NCBI GenBank assembly: GCA_016845065.1
Contig: JAERTG010000023.1
Coordinates: 167,553 to 231,552 of the forward strand
Source: Fidelibacterota bacterium
GTDB taxonomy: Bacteria > Fidelibacterota > UBA8477 > JABMPR01
Direction: 5' to 3'
Length of the DNA: 64,000 bases
This document shows, piece after piece, positions 58,916 through 64,000 of this stretch. Positions within the stretch are counted from its first letter, which is position 1. Each line of letters starts with the position of its first letter. A model generated the notes under the pieces. It made no database searches. It was not told the origin of the DNA and was given only the letters and a program-made list of their open reading frames with translations. Made by a program: the position numbers and the translations under genes.

Positions 58916-59371
58916 TTATGGTATTAGGGCGGTGTTTTGACCGCTACTATTATAAAGGCTTATTGCCCCATCATGAGTTGTAGTATGTGAAAGCGAAATG
59001 GTTTCTTGACCGCTATTATTATAGAGACCTATTGCCCCGCCATGGGCAGTAGTATGTGAAATATTAATGGTGTTTTGACCGCTGCTATTATAGAGGTCTA
59101 TTGCCCCATCATCGGCTATAGTGTGTGAAAGCGAAATGGTTTTTTGACCAGTACTATTCAAGATATCTATTACCCCACTGCCATTTGAGGTGGTTACGGC
59201 CATTATACGATTCCCTTTTTTATCGATAAAATTTATCCAGCCCCTCTTGGGAATATTTATGTCACCCACTGTAATACTATCAAACGTTGTATTTGTTGCC
59301 CCTATTGACATAAATCCAATCACAGCAACTAGAAACCCAATTATTACACTTCTAGGGTCTAACTTTTTCAT
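58916..59371 (-). CDS. Small membrane-anchored/secreted hypothetical protein with 23-aa tandem repeats
   Basis: RBS GGAGGG, hydrophobic N-terminus; repeats of GAIxLYNSSGQxTIxxSHT. Confidence 0.7.
   Translation of the reverse strand: MKKLDPRSVIIGFLVAVIGFMSIGATNTTFDSITVGDINIPKRGWINFIDKKGNRIMAVTTSNGSGVIDILNSTGQKTISLSHTIADDGAIDLYNSSGQNTINISHTTAHGGAIGLYNNSGQETISLSHTTTHDGAISLYNSSGQNTALIP
58931..59177. repeat. 69-bp coding tandem repeat, about 3.5 copies
   Basis: Units start at 58931, 59000, 59069 and 59138 (GGTnTyTTGACC...). Confidence 0.85.
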
Positions 59372-59519
59372 GATCCCTCCATTCTCAATTCATGTTTACT
59401 TTTCATTAATCCCAGCGACTAGTTGTCCTAGCGACTAGCCCTCCTAGGACTAAAGCGAAAATAATCATAAATATCCATTCGCCGTAAGCCATCATTAGTA
59501 GAGCTGGGGCAGTAATAAT

Positions 59520-59867
59520 GAAGTAGCCATCGTCTTGTTGCGCTTTGTAGCTGTCTACGCCTTGTTTGATACGTTAAGCATACTGTACTCATCTGCGATC
59601 AAAGGAGCTGGTGATACCCACTTTGTCATGCGAGTGACCACAGCACTATCCGTTTTTGTTTTGATTATCCCAACCTACATCGCAGTAGAATATTTTGATG
59701 CCAACCTGTATCTCCCCTGGACCTTCTGTGCCCTATTTATTGGGGGAATGGGTCTTACATTTCTAGGCAGATTTTATGGTGGAAAATGGAAGAAAATGAG
59801 TGTTATTGAGACTCCCGGATTCCTACCATCTCAACATCCTGCTAATCCCATTTCTCCTGAAGTATAG
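59520..59867 (+). pseudogene. Orphan 3' fragment of a MATE transporter gene
   Basis: 110 aa matching the C-terminus of the MATE at 44590-44922 with 12 differences by manual count; no 5' part. Confidence 0.9.
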
Positions 59868-60063
59868 AAACTTAATTTATGACTCACCTGAATCTGTCAT
59901 TGGCGTCAGAGCCCCGAGACGGTCAACGCATTTATCTAAAGCAAGCTATCATTACTTCTAAATTGCGTTCCAATGATACCCCCTGACAAATGGATCCCCA
60001 TCAGCCATAAGAGATAACCAGAAAATTGTTCCTGTAGTGAACCAGTACCACCCTCCCATCGAG

Positions 60064-60245
60064 CTAATTGATATGTACCATTTTATTTGTTATGGAAGAT
60101 GATTCAGTTTCCAACCTTCAGAATGACACACTTCACTCACAGATTTCCCAATTAAATTCATACGATTCCAGTATATGTTGTATTCACCTGCAAAGGCAGG
60201 ATCTTCCTCCAGGATATCAATCAATGCACCGATGGTATCTTTCAT
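60064..60245 (-). pseudogene. Frameshifted remnant of a T9SS-type C-terminal domain gene
   Basis: GALIDILEEDPAFAGEYNIYWN..GKSVS in one frame, RLETESSSITNKMVHIN-stop in another. Confidence 0.55.
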
Positions 60246-60705
60246 ACCCTGGAATACGGAAGAATTTTGCGTGTGAATCCAACATTTACTTCAACGCTTT
60301 GCTAGGATCCCCCAGAGGAATTAATACCCCTCATTACGGTAAGAATCATCAATATTTCAGAGAGGGGCTGAACTGAGTTATAAATTAGACATGTGGTCAG
60401 ACATATAAGTCACAATGAATCCTTGATATCCGGAATATTCAGGAACTATATCAGCAACATATGCTGGTACCAAATATACCTCAGTGCACCAGCTTCTGTC
60501 TCTGTATACCTAAATAAGAAGAAGTGATAGATTGAATCATGGATAGGATTAAATACGCCACTAAAGGCTCTATATGTGTGTGAAAATACCACAATTAACT
60601 CACGAGATCAGGGTAAATTTATAAGTTGAAAACAGAGGGATCCCTTTTACTTTAAAGCAGTATTAGTTGAGATTGCCTTCATGGCATTCAGTTTAAGGAG
60701 TTCAG

Positions 60706-60912
60706 TTGGAGATTTCAAACTCAGGATATCGACCAAAAGATTTGTTCAATGCGTTTACCAAAAATCGGTCACCCAGAAAACCAATACACAATAATGATTT
60801 AGTTCAAAAAGATCGAATTCGAATACGAGAATTATCAACTCTTATCGAAGATGCTGAATTTTCTGAAATCATTGTACGAGAGCCACTTACTAAAATAGAT
60901 ATTTTCGTATAG
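60706..60912 (+). CDS. Small hypothetical protein (68 aa)
   Basis: RBS AAGGAG 5 nt before TTG; ends KIDIFV; followed by a terminator hairpin. Confidence 0.55.
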   Translation: MEISNSGYRPKDLFNAFTKNRSPRKPIHNNDLVQKDRIRIRELSTLIEDAEFSEIIVREPLTKIDIFV

Positions 60913-60922
60913 TGGGAATTAT

Positions 60923-60949
60923 GATACTCCGAGATTTCGGGGTATCTTT
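60923..60949 (+). terminator. Intrinsic terminator
   Basis: GATACTCCGA-GATT-TCGGGGTATC followed by TTT. Confidence 0.6.
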
Positions 60950-61144
60950 ACAATCATGAAGATTTCCCTCCAGATTCCCCTCCATGCACATGTTTAACTT
61001 GGCAATTTCGACTTCACTTATCTCTAATGATCTCACAATCTTAGCCTGGTTGTCATGAGTATGAGAGCACTCGATCTATCTAGTGATCAATATATGAGTG
61101 AATTGGGTACTTCTGAGTTATGATTAAAAATTTAGTCTGTAATT

Positions 61145-64000
61145 TTAGGGTTTATCAATTCGATTAATCCTTTCAATCAAAACCTCTGCTTTCCAAGGTT
61201 TTTGAATGAACTCAGTAATTCCCATATCCTGGTACTCTCGCTTATCCGCAAGTCCTAGGTGACCTGTAGAGAGAATAATTGGAGTCAGAGATCCTGATTC
61301 TCGAATCTCTTGAGACATCTCTAATCCAGACATTTCTGGCATAGTTAAATCGGTAACTATGAGATCGTATTTCTCAGGATTAGCTCTGAACAATTTTAAG
61401 GCTTGCTTCCCATTGGCAGCATTATCGACCTTAAAACCCACGTTTGATAGGATGGTTTGGGTAGTAACACGAATACTATCCTCATCATCGACTAGCAAGA
61501 TAGATTGACTGGAAGTTGCTGGTGGTATAAACTTTTTGCTTGGGATCTTCTCCTGAATAATCTCTGTTACTGGAAAATGAATTGTGAAAATGGTCCCCTC
61601 ACCAAATTTACTCGAAACTTTAATCTCAGCACTCATCATTTCAACAATTCCATGAATTACTGATAGACCTAATCCTGTACCCTGACCAAATTGCTTGGTG
61701 GTAAAGAAAGGATCAAAAATCTTGTCAAGGTCAGCAGGCTCAATCCCGAAACCGGTGTCACTCAATTTGAGTTCGACTACATCAACTTCAGCCTCCCCTT
61801 TTCCCAGTGAAGCTCGGGTTTGCTGCAGGCTTACCTTTAATATTCCACCCTCAACCCCCATGGCATGTTGTGCATTATTGCACAGATTGATCACAATCTG
61901 ATGAATCTGGGTTTTATCGCAAAGTACCAAACCACAATTCAAATCTATGTCTTGCTGTATCTCAATAGTTGAGGGGAAGCTTGCTCTTTCTAATAATAAA
62001 GCCTCAGCCACAAATTCTTGGATATACTGGGGTTTCATTTCAACCGCAGATTTTCTACTGAAGGTCAGGATTTGATTGACAATAGCTTTAGCTCGTTCTC
62101 CCCCTTCCATGAGGTGTTGCATATTGGATTGTACTAATTCATTGTCAGGCAAATCTGCCGCTATCAAACCCCCGTAGAGAAACATACCTTGGAGAATATT
62201 ATTTAACTCGTGAGCTATACCACCAACCATTGTCCCAACTGCTTCCAGCTTGTGTGACTGACGGAGTTGGGCTTCTAATGTGATTCGATCTTGTTCGATA
62301 CTTTTCCGCTCGCTGATATCTCTCGTTATGGAAAGGATGTGAGGGACACCTTCCAAATCAATGACGCTGGCGGACATCAGACCAGTGACGACAGAGCCGT
62401 CTTTCCGCAAGAAATTCGCCTCCAAATTCACATAATGACCCCATCGCTTTATACCGCGAATCAATTCCCACCTATCTTTCAGATTGTGCCACATGTTGAT
62501 TTCGATCGATGTCTTCCCAATTGTTTCTTCCCGGCTATAACCAGTCACCAATGTGAATCCTTCGTTGATGTCAATGTAACAGCCATCGTTCAGTCTGTTA
62601 ATGGCGATTGCGTCTGGACTGGTATAGAAAGTCGTCTTAAAACGCTCTTCACTTTCTCGAAGCGCTTTCTCAGATATTTTTCGATCTTGGATTTCGTGTT
62701 GGAGCGCTTGGTGCAGTTTCGCATTGTTGATCGCTGCACTCACATAGATGCCAATGGTTGTTGCAAACACGAGATCATCTCCTGAAAAAGAGTTAACCGC
62801 ACGAAAAAGATTAAGAGTGCCAATGACATCATTGTTTATGATCAGCGGAACTACGAGAATATTGTCGGTATCTGCCACTGCGGTTCCAGGTACATGGAAA
62901 GCGCCAGTATGTCGTGCAGCATTATTGAATATCTTCCCTTTTTTGGATTTAACAATAGTCCCAGATAGACTGTTCTCAATATCCACACGAGACGCCATAA
63001 TATCTTCATCTTGATTAGGATATTGGGAGGCGGCAGGTCTGAGGAACTGACCTGATTCTTCTAGCAAATATACAGTTACACCTTGGCAATCAAGAAGGCT
63101 TAACGTCTCCCTGCAAACGTTTCCGAGGACAATACTAATATCAAGTGTTGAGCCTAAGCTGTGTACCGTTTCTAACAATTTTTCCTGTCGCTGAAATTGC
63201 TTGTTTAATACCAATTCGGTTAGTTTTCGGTCCGTAACATCATCGATTAATGCCTGGGCACCGATCACCTTGCCAGGGTATTCATAAATTGGACTAATCT
63301 TGTAGTTAAGATAGGCAGTCTTATTCCCCTTTGAAGTATACTCACTCTCATTTTGGATAGACTTCCCACTTTTAATCACATCCTGAAATGCAGCAGACAC
63401 TCCAATCCGATTTAAAGGTTCGAATTGAAATAAGTTGATCTGCATAGTAGCCTCAAGTGAGGGAGATCCAAGAATTTCAAGAATTTTAGGGTTGGCACTA
63501 ATAATATTTCCTTGAGTATCTATAGAGACAATACCAACTGGAGCGGATTCTACTAATGTACGATAACGTTTTTCACTCTCTGCCAACACTTCTTCGGACA
63601 ATTTAAAATCAGTTACATCACGAAAGATATCGTACGATCCACTTATAACCCCTTCTGTTTTTATTGCAATTGAACTAACCTGAACCACTCGAATTTCACC
63701 TGACTTGGTGACAACTCTACCTTCATAGCCCTTATAGAAAGCATCCCTTTGTAGCTTTTCCATATATTGGATAGACTTCTGGACGTCTTCATTGTGAACA
63801 ATATCCTGAACTCTCAGTTTGGCTAATTCCTCGTGTGTGTAGCCTAACATATCTTGAGCAGCTTGATTGGAATCAATAAATCTGCCATCCATATCAAGCA
63901 TACAGATACCATCGAGACTCGTTTCAACAAGCTCCCTATATTTTGATTCACTTGCCCTTTGTGTTGCCGTCCGTTCTATTACTTTTTCTTTCATTATTCT
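61145..64000 (-). CDS. Hybrid sensor histidine kinase (PAS-PAS-GAF-PAS-HisKA-HATPase-REC), probably 5'-partial
   Basis: Three PAS/PAC units, GAF, GIAHELNNIL H-box, NLCNNA, DTGFGI, PFFTTK, GTGLGL, REC with DLTMP; frame open to the window edge. Confidence 0.95.
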   Translation of the reverse strand, partial: RIMKEKVIERTATQRASESKYRELVETSLDGICMLDMDGRFIDSNQAAQDMLGYTHEELAKLRVQDIVHNEDVQKSIQYMEKLQRDAFYKGYEGRVVTKSGEIRVVQVSSIAIKTEGVISGSYDIFRDVTDFKLSEEVLAESEKRYRTLVESAPVGIVSIDTQGNIISANPKILEILGSPSLEATMQINLFQFEPLNRIGVSAAFQDVIKSGKSIQNESEYTSKGNKTAYLNYKISPIYEYPGKVIGAQALIDDVTDRKLTELVLNKQFQRQEKLLETVHSLGSTLDISIVLGNVCRETLSLLDCQGVTVYLLEESGQFLRPAASQYPNQDEDIMASRVDIENSLSGTIVKSKKGKIFNNAARHTGAFHVPGTAVADTDNILVVPLIINNDVIGTLNLFRAVNSFSGDDLVFATTIGIYVSAAINNAKLHQALQHEIQDRKISEKALRESEERFKTTFYTSPDAIAINRLNDGCYIDINEGFTLVTGYSREETIGKTSIEINMWHNLKDRWELIRGIKRWGHYVNLEANFLRKDGSVVTGLMSASVIDLEGVPHILSITRDISERKSIEQDRITLEAQLRQSHKLEAVGTMVGGIAHELNNILQGMFLYGGLIAADLPDNELVQSNMQHLMEGGERAKAIVNQILTFSRKSAVEMKPQYIQEFVAEALLLERASFPSTIEIQQDIDLNCGLVLCDKTQIHQIVINLCNNAQHAMGVEGGILKVSLQQTRASLGKGEAEVDVVELKLSDTGFGIEPADLDKIFDPFFTTKQFGQGTGLGLSVIHGIVEMMSAEIKVSSKFGEGTIFTIHFPVTEIIQEKIPSKKFIPPATSSQSILLVDDEDSIRVTTQTILSNVGFKVDNAANGKQALKLFRANPEKYDLIVTDLTMPEMSGLEMSQEIRESGSLTPIILSTGHLGLADKREYQDMGITEFIQKPWKAEVLIERINRIDKP

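Noticed and set aside
58931..59177. CRISPR array
   Set aside because: Contiguous in-frame 69-bp coding repeats with no unique spacers and no cas genes
60068..60376. 102-aa plus-strand ORF
   Set aside because: Antisense to the decayed CTD remnant; no RBS or motif

Overview
A 64-kb bacterial window, probably from an FCB-superphylum organism outside Bacteroidota (Marinimicrobia/Calditrichota/Ignavibacteria-like; inferred from gene content, not tested). It is dominated by a bipartite beta-1,3-glucan (laminarin)/mixed-linkage glucan utilisation region with no SusC/SusD pair. Block 1 (about 7.2-40.8 kb) has a ~21-kb minus-strand run: SSS symporter, multi-module non-catalytic secreted protein, non-SusC TonB-dependent receptor, ~1180-aa hypothetical, PorV-like barrel, SurA-like lipoprotein, two GH16s (one circularly permuted), GH5-CBM6, and a membrane-fusion protein/VTC polyphosphate polymerase/DUF4956 trio. 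Next to it lie an orphan sugar-binding protein/atypical kinase/sigma54 regulator, GH3, a secreted CotH kinase and a second GH5. Block 2 (45.0-58.3 kb) is a ROK-operator-controlled operon: GH-A hydrolase, ROK, an MFS permease carrying an inserted CBM11-like periplasmic domain, GH30, a GH161-type phosphorylase, GH17 and a repeat-module secreted protein. Block 2 is bracketed by two diverged copies of a MATE gene 3' end and ends in integration scars (3' half of a tRNA-CAT, a 5'-truncated Ser-type tRNA with a CCA anticodon, pseudogenes). Flanks carry a multiheme cytochrome plus outer-membrane barrel, a MacB-type ABC exporter and a partial hybrid histidine kinase. No CRISPR array, rRNA, integrase or transposase was seen. 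Best candidates for undescribed systems: the TBDR/large hypothetical/PorV SusD-independent module, the MFP-VTC-DUF4956 (+CotH) module, and the CBM-inserted MFS permease. All family calls come from motifs recognised by eye; no searches were run.
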